Shown here piece by piece: positions 24,638 to 38,300 of a DNA stretch of 64,000 bases. The notes below the pieces were generated by a model. The model was not told where the DNA came from. It did no database searches and saw only the letters and a program-made list of their open reading frames with translations. The DNA comes from Macrostomum lignano (taxonomy: Eukaryota), in assembly GCA_002269645.1 (NCBI GenBank), contig NIVC01000677.1:62001-126000 (forward strand), written 5' to 3'. The translations under genes were made by a program, and so were the position numbers. Numbering within the stretch: position 1 is the stretch's first letter; every line of letters begins with the position of its first letter.

Positions 24638-25307
24638 TGTCGCGACTTTCCTAGTCATTTCTTAGTTCACCTTCAATTGTCTCTGTTTACTCCGTTTTCT
24701 CTCTCTCTGTCTAGCTCAATCTTGTTATTCTTATCTCTCTCTCCTTGCTGCGTTCTAGGTAAATGTAGTCAGTTTTCTTTTGGTTGTAACAATTTATTCA
24801 TTAAAATCGCACACGTGAAATTTCTTTGTCAAATTTGCATTCACTCTAGTCTCCACAGGTTTTGTATTGAAATTCTTAGTCGTATTTGTGCACCATTGTT
24901 AAATTTGCTTTTAAAGTTGTTTCTTGAACTCTAATTCATAATTCTATTGGTACTCGAAAATTCAAAAAATTCAAAAAATGTTCCATTTTTTGGGGGAGTG
25001 TCGCGACTTTCCTAGTCATTTCTTAGTTCACCTTCAATTGTCTCTGTTTACTCCGTTTTCTCTCTCTCTGTCTAGCTCAATCTTGTTATTCTTATCTCTC
25101 TCTCCCTTGCTGCGTTCTGATTGGCTCTCCGTTCTCGCCTCTTTCCTCAGTCGCGCACTCCACCCCTCTCTTTATTATTCTGGGCTCAACCCCCAAAGTT
25201 AAATGTTCCATAAATATATCGGTTTGGGCCCTGCACCCACTTACTGCTCCTCCTGCTCCTTCAATTTAACTCCAATTAAATAGTTTTTAGTTTAGTATTT
25301 TTCTACA
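24638..25307 (+). mobile_element. Deleted LTR retroelement, copy 2
   Basis: Same sequence, TSD and flanks as copy 1. Confidence 0.8.
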
Positions 25308-28300
25308 TTTATGTTTGACATGATGGCTCTTTAATGTTTGACATGATGGCTCTTTTATGTTTGACATGGTGGCTCTTTAATGTTTTACGTGGTGGCTCTT
25401 TAATGCTCGACATGGTAGCTCTTTGATGTTTGACATGGAGTTACGAATATACTTGACATGGTGACTCGTTAATGTTTGACATGGTGGCTATATAATGTTA
25501 GACATTGTGGCTCTTTAATGTTTGACATGGTGGCTCTTCTATGTTTGACATGGTAGCACTTTAATGTTGGACATGGTGGCTCTTTAATGTTCGACATAGT
25601 GGCTGTTTTATGTTTGACATGGTGGCTCTTTTGTGTTCGACATGGTGGTTCCTTTATGTTCGACATGGTGGTTCTTTTATGTTCGACATGGTGGCTCTTT
25701 TATGTTAGACATGATGGCTCTTTAATGTTAGACATGATGGCTCTTTAATGTTTGACATTGCGGCTCTTTAATGTTTGACATGGAGTCATGTATATGTTTG
25801 ACCTGGTGGCTCTTTACTGTTTGACATGGAGTTACATATATGTTTGACATTGCGGCTCTTTAATGTTTGACATGGAGTCATGTATATGTTTGACCTGGTG
25901 GCTCTTTACTGTTTGACATGGAGTTACATATATGTTTGACATGGAGTCACATATATGTTTGACATGGTGGCTCTTTTATGTTTGACATGGTGGCTTTTTT
26001 ATGTTTGACATGGTGGCCCTTTAATGTTTGACATGGTGGCTCTTTTATGTTAGACATGGTGGCTCTTTAATGTTCGACATGGTGGCTCTTCAATGTTTGA
26101 CATGGAGTCATGTATGTGTTTGACCTGGTGACTCTTTAATATTTGACATGGTGGCTCTTTAATATTTTACATGGTGGCACTATCATGTTTGACCTGGTGG
26201 CTCTTAAATGTTCGACATGGTGTCTCTTTAATGTTTGACATGGAGTCATGTATATTTTTGACATGGTGGCTCTTGATTGTTCGACATAGAGTCATGTATA
26301 TGTTTGCCATGGTGGCTCTTTTATGTTCGACATGGTGTCTCTTCAATGTTTGACATGGAGTCATGTATATGTTTGACATGGTGGCTCTTGTATTTTTAAC
26401 ATGTTAGCTCTTTAATGTTCGACATGGTGGCTCTTGTATTTTTAACATGTTGGCTCTTTAATGTTCGACATGGTGGCTCTTTAATGTCTACCATGGATTC
26501 ACGTATATGTTTGACATGGAGTCATGTATATGTCTGATATGGTAGCTCTTTAATGTTTTACATAAAGTCACTTATATGTTTGACATGATGGCTCTTTTAT
26601 GTTTGACATGGTTGCTCTTTAATGTTTGACATGGAAGCTCTTTTATGTTCGACATGGTGGCTCTTTAATGTTTGACATGGTGGCTCTTTTATGTTCGACA
26701 TGGTGTCGCTTCAATGTTTGACATGGAGTTACGTATATGTTTTACATGGTGCCTCTTTATGTTCGACATGGTGGCTCTTTAATGTTTGACATGGGGTCTC
26801 TTCAATGTTTGACATGTTGGCTCTTTTATCTTTGACATGGTGGCTCCTTAATGTTCGACATGGTGGCTCTTTAATTTTTGACATGGTGGCTCTTTAATTT
26901 TCGAAATGGTGGCTCTGTTTTATGTCTGACATGGTTGCTCTTTAATGTTCGACATAGTGGCTGTTTTATGTTTGACATGGTGGCTCTTTAATGTTTTTAA
27001 TGGTGTCTGTTTTATGTTTGACATGGTGGCTCTTTAATGTTTGACATGGTGGCTCTTTAATGTTTGACATAGTGGCTCTTTAATTTTCGAAATGTTGGCT
27101 GTTTTATGTTGACATGGTGGCTCTTTAATGTTCGACATGGTGGCTCTTTAATGTTCTTAATGGTGTCTGTTTTATGTTTGACATGGTGGCTCTTTAATGT
27201 TCGACATGGTGGCTCTTTAATGTTTGACATTGTGGCTCTTTAATGTTTGACATGGTGGCTTTTTAATGTTCGACATGGTGGCTCTTTTAGGTTTGAAATG
27301 GTGGCTCTTTAATGTTTGACATGGTGGCTCTTTAATTTTCGAAATGTTGGCTGTTTTATGTTTGACATGGTGGCTCTTTAATGTTCGACATGGTGGCTCT
27401 TTAATGTTAGACATGGTGGCTCTTTAATGTTTGACATGGTGGCTCTTTAATGTTAGACATGGTGTCTCTTCAATGTTTGACATGGAGTCATGTATATGTT
27501 TGACATGGTGGCTCTTGTATTTTTAACATGTTAGCTCTTTAATGTTCGACATGGTGGCTCTTTAATGTCTAACATTGAGTCACGTATGTGTTTGACATGG
27601 AGTCATGTATATGTCTGATATGGTAGCTCTTTAATGTTTTACATGGAGTCACGCATATGTTTCACATGGTGGCTATTTTATGTTTGGCATGGTGGTTCTT
27701 AAATGTTCGACATGGTGGCTCTTTAATGTTTTACATGGTGGCACTTTCATGTTTGACCTGGTGGCTCTTTAATGTTTGACATGGTGGCTCTTAAATATTT
27801 GACATGGTGGCACTTTCATGTTTGACCTGGTGGCTCTTTAATGTTTGACATGGTGGCTCTTTAATATTTGACATGGTGGCCCTTTTATGTTCGACATGGT
27901 GGCTCTTCAATGTTTGACATGGAGTCATGTATATGCTTGACCTGGTGGCTCTTTAATGTTTGACATGGTGGCTCTTTAATGTTTTACATGGTGGCACTTT
28001 CATGTTTGTAATGGTGACTATTTTATGTTCTACATGGTGGCTCTTTTATGTTCGACATGGTGGCTCTTTAATGTTTGATAAGGTGGCTCTTTAATGTTCG
28101 ACATGGTGGCTCTTTAATTTTTGACAAGGTGGCTCTTTAATGTTTGAAATAGTGGCTCTTTAATTTTCGAAATGGTGGCTGTTTTATGTTTGACATGGTG
28201 GCTCTTTAATTTTCGAAATGTTGGCTGTTTTATGTTTGACATGGTGGCTCTTTAATGTTCGACATGGTGGTTCTTTAATGTTAGACATGGTGGCTCTTTA

Positions 28301-28550
28301 ATGTTTGACATGGTGGCTCTTTAATGTTCGACATGGTGACTCTTTAATGTTAGACATGGTGGCTCTTTAATGTTTGACCTGGTGGCACCTTAATGTAATG
28401 ATGTCTCTTTAATGTTTGAAATGGTGGCTCTTTAATGTTCGACATGGTGGCTCTATAATGTTCGACATGGTGGTTCTTTAATGTTCGACATGGTGGCTCT
28501 TTAATGTTTGACATGGTGCTCTTTTATGTTTGACATGGTGGCTCTTTTAT

Positions 28551-29585
28551 TGTCGCGACTTTCCTAGTCATTTCTTAGTTCACCTTCAATTGTCTCTGTT
28601 TACTCCGTTTTCTCTCTCTCTGTCTAGCTCAATCTTGTTATTCTTATCTCTCTCTCCCTTGCTGCGTTCTAGGTAAATGTAGTCAGTTTTCTTTTGGTTG
28701 TAACAATTTATTCATTAAAATCGCACACGTGAAATTTCTTTGTCAAATTTGCATTCACTCTAGTCTCCACAGGTTTTGTATTGAAATTCTTAGTCGTATT
28801 TGTGCACCATTGTTAAATTTGCTTTTAAAGTTGTTTCTTGAACTCTAATTCATAATTCTATTGGTACTCGAAAATTCAAAAAATTCAAAAAATGTTCCAT
28901 TTTTTGGGGGAGTGTCGCGACTTTCCTAGTCATTTCTTAGTTCACCTTCAATTGTCTCTGTTTACTCCGTTTTCTCTCTCTCTGTCTAGCTCAATCTTGT
29001 TATTCTTATCTCTCTCTCCCTTGCTGCGTTCTAGGTAAATGTAGTCAGTTTTCTTTTGGTTGTAACAATTTATTCATTAAAATCGCACACGTGAAATTTC
29101 TTTGTCAAATTTGCATTCACTCTAGTCTCCACAGGTTTTGTATTGAAATTCTTAGTCGTATTTGTGCACCATTGTTAAATTTGCTTTTAAAGTTGTTTCT
29201 TGAACTCTAATTCATAATTCTATTGGTACTCGAAAATTCAAAAAATTCAAAAAATGTTCCATTTTTTGGGGGAGTGTCGCGACTTTCCTAGTCATTTCTT
29301 AGTTCACCTTCAATTGTCTCTGTTTACTCCGTTTTCTCTCTCTCTGTCTAGCTCAATCTTGTTATTCTTATCTCTCTCTCCCTTGCTGCGTTCTGATTGG
29401 CTCTCCGTTCTCGCCTCTTTCCTCAGTCGCGCACTCCACCCCCTCTCTTTATTATTCTGGGCTCAACCCCCAAAGTTAAATGTTCCATAAATATATCGGT
29501 TTGGGCCCTGCACCCACTTACTGCTCCTCCTGCTCCTTCAATTTAACTCCAATTAAATAGTTTTTAGTTTAGTATTTTTTCTACA
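28551..29585 (+). mobile_element. Deleted LTR retroelement, copy 3, with a 362-bp internal tandem duplication
   Basis: TGTCGCGA starts at 28551, 28913 and 29275 (362-bp spacing); same TSD. Confidence 0.8.
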
Positions 29586-32500
29586 TTTATGTTTGACATG
29601 ATGGCTCTTTAATGTTTGACATGATGGCTCTTTTATGTTTGACATGGTGGCTCTTTAATGTTTTACGTGGTGGCTCTTTAATGCTCGACATGGTAGCTCT
29701 TTGATGTTTGACATGGAGTTACGAATATACTTGACATGGTGACTCGTTAATGTTTGACATGGTGGCTATATAATGTTAGACATTGTGGCTCTTTAATGTT
29801 TGACATGGTGGCTCTTCTATGTTTGACATGGTAGCACTTTAATGTTGGACATGGTGGCTCTTTAATGTTCGACATAGTGGCTGTTTTATGTTTGACATGG
29901 TGGCTCTTTTGTGTTCGACATGGTGGTTCCTTTATGTTCGACATGGTGGTTCTTTTATGTTCGACATGGTGGCTCTTTTATGTTAGACATGATGGCTCTT
30001 TAATGTTAGACATGATGGCTCTTTAATGTTTGACATTGCGGCTCTTTAATGTTTGACATGGAGTCATGTATATGTTTGACCTGGTGGCTCTTTACTGTTT
30101 GACATGGAGTTACATATATGTTTGACATTGCGGCTCTTTAATGTTTGACATGGAGTCATGTATATGTTTGACCTGGTGGCTCTTTACTGTTTGACATGGA
30201 GTTACATATATGTTTGACATGGAGTCACATATATGTTTGACATGGTGGCTCTTTTATGTTTGACATGGTGGCTTTTTTATGTTTGACATGGTGGCCCTTT
30301 AATGTTTGACATGGTGGCTCTTTTATGTTAGACATGGTGGCTCTTTAATGTTCGACATGGTGGCTCTTCAATGTTTGACATGGAGTCATGTATGTGTTTG
30401 ACCTGGTGACTCTTTAATATTTGACATGGTGGCTCTTTAATATTTTACATGGTGGCACTATCATGTTTGACCTGGTGGCTCTTAAATGTTCGACATGGTG
30501 TCTCTTTAATGTTTGACATGGAGTCATGTATATTTTTGACATGGTGGCTCTTGATTGTTCGACATAGAGTCATGTATATGTTTGCCATGGTGGCTCTTTT
30601 ATGTTCGACATGGTGTCTCTTCAATGTTTGACATGGAGTCATGTATATGTTTGACATGGTGGCTCTTGTATTTTTAACATGTTAGCTCTTTAATGTTCGA
30701 CATGGTGGCTCTTGTATTTTTAACATGTTGGCTCTTTAATGTTCGACATGGTGGCTCTTTAATGTCTACCATGGATTCACGTATATGTTTGACATGGAGT
30801 CATGTATATGTCTGATATGGTAGCTCTTTAATGTTTTACATAAAGTCACTTATATGTTTGACATGATGGCTCTTTTATGTTTGACATGGTTGCTCTTTAA
30901 TGTTTGACATGGAAGCTCTTTTATGTTCGACATGGTGGCTCTTTAATGTTTGACATGGTGGCTCTTTTATGTTCGACATGGTGTCGCTTCAATGTTTGAC
31001 ATGGAGTTACGTATATGTTTTACATGGTGCCTCTTTATGTTCGACATGGTGGCTCTTTAATGTTTGACATGGGGTCTCTTCAATGTTTGACATGTTGGCT
31101 CTTTTATCTTTGACATGGTGGCTCCTTAATGTTCGACATGGTGGCTCTTTAATTTTTGACATGGTGGCTCTTTAATTTTCGAAATGGTGGCTCTGTTTTA
31201 TGTCTGACATGGTTGCTCTTTAATGTTCGACATAGTGGCTGTTTTATGTTTGACATGGTGGCTCTTTAATGTTCTTAATGGTGTCTGTTTTATGTTTGAC
31301 ATGGTGGCTCTTTAATGTTCGACATGGTGGCTCTTTAATGTTTGACATTGTGGCTCTTTAATGTTTGACATGGTGGCTTTTTAATGTTCGACATGGTGGC
31401 TCTTTTAGGTTTGAAATGGTGGCTCTTTAATGTTTGACATGGTGGCTTTTTAATGTTCGACATGGTGGCTCTTTAATGTTCTTAATGGTGTCTGTTTTAT
31501 GTTTGACATGGTGGCTCTCTAATGTTCGACATGGTGGCTCTTTAATGTTTGACATGGTGGCTCTTTAATTTTCGAAATGTTGGCTGTTTTATGTTTGACA
31601 TGGTGGCTCTTTAATGTTCGACATGGTGGTTCTTTAATGTTAGACATGGTGGCTCTTTAATGTTTGACATGGTGGCTCTTTAATGTTCGACATGGTGGCT
31701 CTTTAATGTTTGACATGGTGGCTCTTTAATTTTCGAAATGGTGGCTCTGTTTTATGTTTGACATGGCGGCTCTTTAATGTTCGACATAGTGGCTGTTTTA
31801 TGTTTGACATGGTGGCTCTTTAATGTTCGACATGGTGGCTCTTTAATGTTTGACATAGTGGCTCTTTAATTTTCGAAATGTTGGCTGTTTTATGTTTGAC
31901 ATGGTGGCTCTTTAATGTTCGACATGGTGGCTCTTTAATGTTCTTAACGGTGTCTGTTTTATGTTTGACATGGTTGCTCTCTAATGTTCGACATGGTGGC
32001 TCTCTAATGTTCGACATGGTGGCTCTTTAATGTTTTACATGGTGGCACTTTCATGTTTGACCTGGTGGCTCTTTAATATTTGACATGGTTGCTCTTTTAT
32101 GTTTGACATGGTGGCTCTTTAATGTTTGACATGGTGGCTCTTTAATTTTCGACATGGTGGCTCTTTAATGTTTTACATGGTGGCACTTTCATGTTTGACC
32201 TGGTGGCTCTTTAATATTTGACATGGTTGCTCTTTTATGTTTGACATGGTGGCTCTTTAATGTTTGACATGGTGGCTCTTTAATTTTCGAAATGGTGGCT
32301 CTGTTTTATGTTTTACATGGTGGCTCTTTATTGTTCGACATAGTGGCTGTTTTATGTTTGACATGGTGGCTCTTTAATGTTCGACATGGTGGCTCTTTAA
32401 TGTTCTTAATGGTGTCTGTTTTATGTTTGCCATGGTGGCTCTTTAATGTTCGACATGGTGGCTCTTTAATGTTTGACATGGTAGTTCTTTTATGTTTGAT

Positions 32501-34694
32501 ATGGTGGCTTTTTTATGTTTGACATGGTGGCTCTTTAATGTTCGACATGGTGGCTCTTTTAGGTTTGAAATGGTGGCTCTTTAATGTTTGACATGGTGGC
32601 TTTTTAATGTTCGACATGGTGGCTCTTTAATGTTCTTAATGGTGTCTGTTTTATGTTTGACATGGTGGCTCTTTAATGTTTCGACATGGTGGCTCTTTAA
32701 TGTTCTTAATGGTGTCTGTTTTATGTTTGACATGGTGGCTTTTTAATGTTCGACATGGTGGCTCTTTAATGTTCTTAATGGTAACTCTACGTTCGAAATG
32801 GTGGCTCTTTTATGTTTGACATGGTGGCTCTTGTATGTTTGACATGGTGGCACTTTCATGTTTGACCTGGTGGCTCTTTAATATTTGACATGGTTGCTCT
32901 TTTATGTTTGACATGGTGGCTCTTTAATGTTTGACATGGTGGCTTTTTAATGTTCGACATGGTGGCTCTTTTAGGTTTGACATTGTGGCTCTTTAATGTT
33001 TGACATGGTGGCTCTTTAATGTTTGACATGGTGGCTCTTTAATTTTCGAAATGGTGGCTCTGTTTTATGTTTTACATGGTGGCTCTTTATTGTTCGACAT
33101 AGTGGCTGTTTTATGTTTGACATGGTGGCTCTTTAATGTTCGACATGGTGGCTCTTTAATGTTCTTAATGGTGTCTGTTTTATGTTTGCCATGGTGGCTC
33201 TTTAATGTTCGACATGGTGGCTCTTTAATGTTTGACATGGTAGTTCTTTTATGTTTGATATGGTGGCTTTTTTATGTTTGACATGGTGGCTCTTTAATGT
33301 TCGACATGGTGGCTCTTTTAGGTTTGAAATGGTGGCTCTTTAATGTTTGACATGGTGGCTTTTTAATGTTCGACATGGTGGCTCTTTAATGTTCTTAATG
33401 GTGTCTGTTTTATGTTTGACATGGTGGCTCTTTAATGTTTCGACATGGTGGCTCTTTAATGTTCTTAATGGTGTCTGTTTTATGTTTGACATGGTGGCTT
33501 TTTAATGTTCGACATGGTGGCTCTTTAATGTTCTTAATGGTAACTCTACGTTCGAAATGGTGGCTCTTTTATGTTTGACATGGTGGCTCTTGTATGTTTG
33601 ACATGGTGGCACTTTCATGTTTGACCTGGTGGCTCTTTAATATTTGACATGGTTGCTCTTTTATGTTTGACATGGTGGCTCTTTAATGTTTGACATGGTG
33701 GCTTTTTAATGTCTAACATTGAGTCACGTATGTGTTTGACATGGAGTCATGTATATGTCTGATATGGTAGCTCTTTAATGTTTTACATGGAGTCACGCAT
33801 ATGTTTCACATGGTGGCTATTTTATGTTTGGCATGGTGGTTCTTAAATGTTCGACATGGTGGCTCTTTAATGTTTTACATGGTGGCACTTTCATGTTTGA
33901 CCTGGTGGCTCTTTAATGTTTGACATGGTGGCTCTTAAATATTTGACATGGTGGCACTTTCATGTTTGACCTGGTGGCTCTTTAATGTTTGACATGGTGG
34001 CTCTTTAATATTTGACATGGTGGCCCTTTTATGTTCGACATGGTGGCTCTTCAATGTTTGACATGGAGTCATGTATATGCTTGACCTGGTGGCTCTTTAA
34101 TGTTTGACATGGTGGCTCTTTAATGTTTTACATGGTGGCACTTTCATGTTTGTAATGGTGACTATTTTATGTTCTACATGGTGGCTCTTTTATGTTCGAC
34201 ATGGTGGCTCTTTAATGTTTGATAAGGTGGCTCTTTAATGTTCGACATGGTGGCTCTTTAATTTTTGACAAGGTGGCTCTTTAATGTTTGAAATAGTGGC
34301 TCTTTAATTTTCGAAATGGTGGCTGTTTTATGTTTGACATGGTGGCTCTTTAATTTTCGAAATGTTGGCTGTTTTATGTTTGACATGGTGGCTCTTTAAT
34401 GTTCGACATGGTGGTTCTTTAATGTTAGACATGGTGGCTCTTTAATGTTTGACATGGTGGCTCTTTAATGTTCGACATGGTGACTCTTTAATGTTAGACA
34501 TGGTGGCTCTTTAATGTTTGACCTGGTGGCACCTTAATGTAATGATGTCTCTTTAATGTTTGAAATGGTGGCTCTTTAATGTTCGACATGGTGGCTCTAT
34601 AATGTTCGACATGGTGGTTCTTTAATGTTCGACATGGTGGCTCTTTAATGTTTGACATGGTGCTCTTTTATGTTTGACATGGTGGCTCTTTTAT

Positions 34695-35367
34695 TGTCGC
34701 GACTTTCCTAGTCATTTCTTAGTTCACCTTCAATTGTCTCTGTTTACTCCGTTTTCTCTCTCTCTGTCTAGCTCAATCTTGTTATTCTTATCTCTCTCTC
34801 CCTTGCTGCGTTCTAGGTAAATGTAGTCAGTTTTCTTTTGGTTGTAACAATTTATTCATTAAAATCGCACACGTGAAATTTCTTTGTCAAATTTGCATTC
34901 ACTCTAGTCTCCACAGGTTTTGTATTGAAATTCTTAGTCGTATTTGTGCACCATTGTTAAATTTGCTTTTAAAGTTGTTTCTTGAACTCTAATTCATAAT
35001 TCTATTGGTACTCGAAAATTCAAAAAATTCAAAAAATGTTCCATTTTTTGGGGGAGTGTCGCGACTTTCCTAGTCATTTCTTAGTTCACCTTCAATTGTC
35101 TCTGTTTACTCCGTTTTCTCTCTCTCTGTCTAGCTCAATCTTGTTATTCTTATCTCTCTCTCCCTTGCTGCGTTCTGATTGGCTCTCCGTTCTCGCCTCT
35201 TTCCTCAGTCGCGCACTCCACCCCCTCTCTTTATTATTCTGGGCTCAACCCCCAAAGTTAAATGTTCCATAAATATATCGGTTTGGGCCCTGCACCCACT
35301 TACTGCTCCTCCTGCTCCTTCAATTTAACTCCAATTAAATAGTTTTTAGTTTAGTATTTTTTCTACA
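34695..35367 (+). mobile_element. Deleted LTR retroelement, copy 4
   Basis: Same sequence, TSD and flanks as copy 1. Confidence 0.8.
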
Positions 35368-38300
35368 TTTATGTTTGACATGATGGCTCTTTAATGTTTG
35401 ACATGATGGCTCTTTTATGTTTGACATGGTGGCTCTTTAATGTTTTACGTGGTGGCTCTTTAATGCTCGACATGGTAGCTCTTTGATGTTTGACATGGAG
35501 TTACGAATATACTTGACATGGTGACTCGTTAATGTTTGACATGGTGGCTATATAATGTTAGACATTGTGGCTCTTTAATGTTTGACATGGTGGCTCTTCT
35601 ATGTTTGACATGGTAGCACTTTAATGTTGGACATGGTGGCTCTTTAATGTTCGACATAGTGGCTGTTTTATGTTTGACATGGTGGCTCTTTTGTGTTCGA
35701 CATGGTGGTTCCTTTATGTTCGACATGGTGGTTCTTTTATGTTCGACATGGTGGCTCTTTTATGTTAGACATGATGGCTCTTTAATGTTAGACATGATGG
35801 CTCTTTAATGTTTGACATTGCGGCTCTTTAATGTTTGACATGGAGTCATGTATATGTTTGACCTGGTGGCTCTTTACTGTTTGACATGGAGTTACATATA
35901 TGTTTGACATTGCGGCTCTTTAATGTTTGACATGGAGTCATGTATATGTTTGACCTGGTGGCTCTTTACTGTTTGACATGGAGTTACATATATGTTTGAC
36001 ATGGAGTCACATATATGTTTGACATGGTGGCTCTTTTATGTTTGACATGGTGGCTTTTTTATGTTTGACATGGTGGCCCTTTAATGTTTGACATGGTGGC
36101 TCTTTTATGTTAGACATGGTGGCTCTTTAATGTTCGACATGGTGGCTCTTCAATGTTTGACATGGAGTCATGTATGTGTTTGACCTGGTGACTCTTTAAT
36201 ATTTGACATGGTGGCTCTTTAATATTTTACATGGTGGCACTATCATGTTTGACCTGGTGGCTCTTAAATGTTCGACATGGTGTCTCTTTAATGTTTGACA
36301 TGGAGTCATGTATATTTTTGACATGGTGGCTCTTGATTGTTCGACATAGAGTCATGTATATGTTTGCCATGGTGGCTCTTTTATGTTCGACATGGTGTCT
36401 CTTCAATGTTTGACATGGAGTCATGTATATGTTTGACATGGTGGCTCTTGTATTTTTAACATGTTAGCTCTTTAATGTTCGACATGGTGGCTCTTGTATT
36501 TTTAACATGTTGGCTCTTTAATGTTCGACATGGTGGCTCTTTAATGTCTACCATGGATTCACGTATATGTTTGACATGGAGTCATGTATATGTCTGATAT
36601 GGTAGCTCTTTAATGTTTTACATAAAGTCACTTATATGTTTGACATGATGGCTCTTTTATGTTTGACATGGTTGCTCTTTAATGTTTGACATGGAAGCTC
36701 TTTTATGTTCGACATGGTGGCTCTTTAATGTTTGACATGGTGGCTCTTTTATGTTCGACATGGTGTCGCTTCAATGTTTGACATGGAGTTACGTATATGT
36801 TTTACATGGTGCCTCTTTATGTTCGACATGGTGGCTCTTTAATGTTTGACATGGGGTCTCTTCAATGTTTGACATGTTGGCTCTTTTATCTTTGACATGG
36901 TGGCTCCTTAATGTTCGACATGGTGGCTCTTTAATTTTTGACATGGTGGCTCTTTAATTTTCGAAATGGTGGCTCTGTTTTATGTCTGACATGGTTGCTC
37001 TTTAATGTTCGACATAGTGGCTGTTTTATGTTTGACATGGTGGCTCTTTAATGTTCTTAATGGTGTCTGTTTTATGTTTGACATGGTGGCTCTTTAATGT
37101 TCGACATGGTGGCTCTTTAATGTTTGACATTGTGGCTCTTTAATGTTTGACATGGTGGCTTTTTAATGTTCGACATGGTGGCTCTTTTAGGTTTGAAATG
37201 GTGGCTCTTTAATGTTTGACATGGTGGCTTTTTAATGTTCGACATGGTGGCTCTTTAATGTTCTTAATGGTGTCTGTTTTATGTTTGACATGGTGGCTCT
37301 CTAATGTTCGACATGGTGGCTCTTTAATGTTTGACATGGTGGCTCTTTAATTTTCGAAATGTTGGCTGTTTTATGTTTGACATGGTGGCTCTTTAATGTT
37401 CGACATGGTGGTTCTTTAATGTTAGACATGGTGGCTCTTTAATGTTTGACATGGTGGCTCTTTAATGTTCGACATGGTGGCTCTTTAATGTTTGACATGG
37501 TGGCTCTTTAATTTTCGAAATGGTGGCTCTGTTTTATGTTTGACATGGCGGCTCTTTAATGTTCGACATAGTGGCTGTTTTATGTTTGACATGGTGGCTC
37601 TTTAATGTTCGACATGGTGGCTCTTTAATGTTTGACATAGTGGCTCTTTAATTTTCGAAATGTTGGCTGTTTTATGTTTGACATGGTGGCTCTTTAATGT
37701 TCGACATGGTGGCTCTTTAATGTTCTTAACGGTGTCTGTTTTATGTTTGACATGGTTGCTCTCTAATGTTCGACATGGTGGCTCTCTAATGTTCGACATG
37801 GTGGCTCTTTAATGTTTTACATGGTGGCACTTTCATGTTTGACCTGGTGGCTCTTTAATATTTGACATGGTTGCTCTTTTATGTTTGACATGGTGGCTCT
37901 TTAATGTTTGACATGGTGGCTCTTTAATTTTCGACATGGTGGCTCTTTAATGTTTTACATGGTGGCACTTTCATGTTTGACCTGGTGGCTCTTTAATATT
38001 TGACATGGTTGCTCTTTTATGTTTGACATGGTGGCTCTTTAATGTTTGACATGGTGGCTCTTTAATTTTCGAAATGGTGGCTCTGTTTTATGTTTTACAT
38101 GGTGGCTCTTTATTGTTCGACATAGTGGCTGTTTTATGTTTGACATGGTGGCTCTTTAATGTTCGACATGGTGGCTCTTTAATGTTCTTAATGGTGTCTG
38201 TTTTATGTTTGCCATGGTGGCTCTTTAATGTTCGACATGGTGGCTCTTTAATGTTTGACATGGTAGTTCTTTTATGTTTGATATGGTGGCTTTTTTATGT

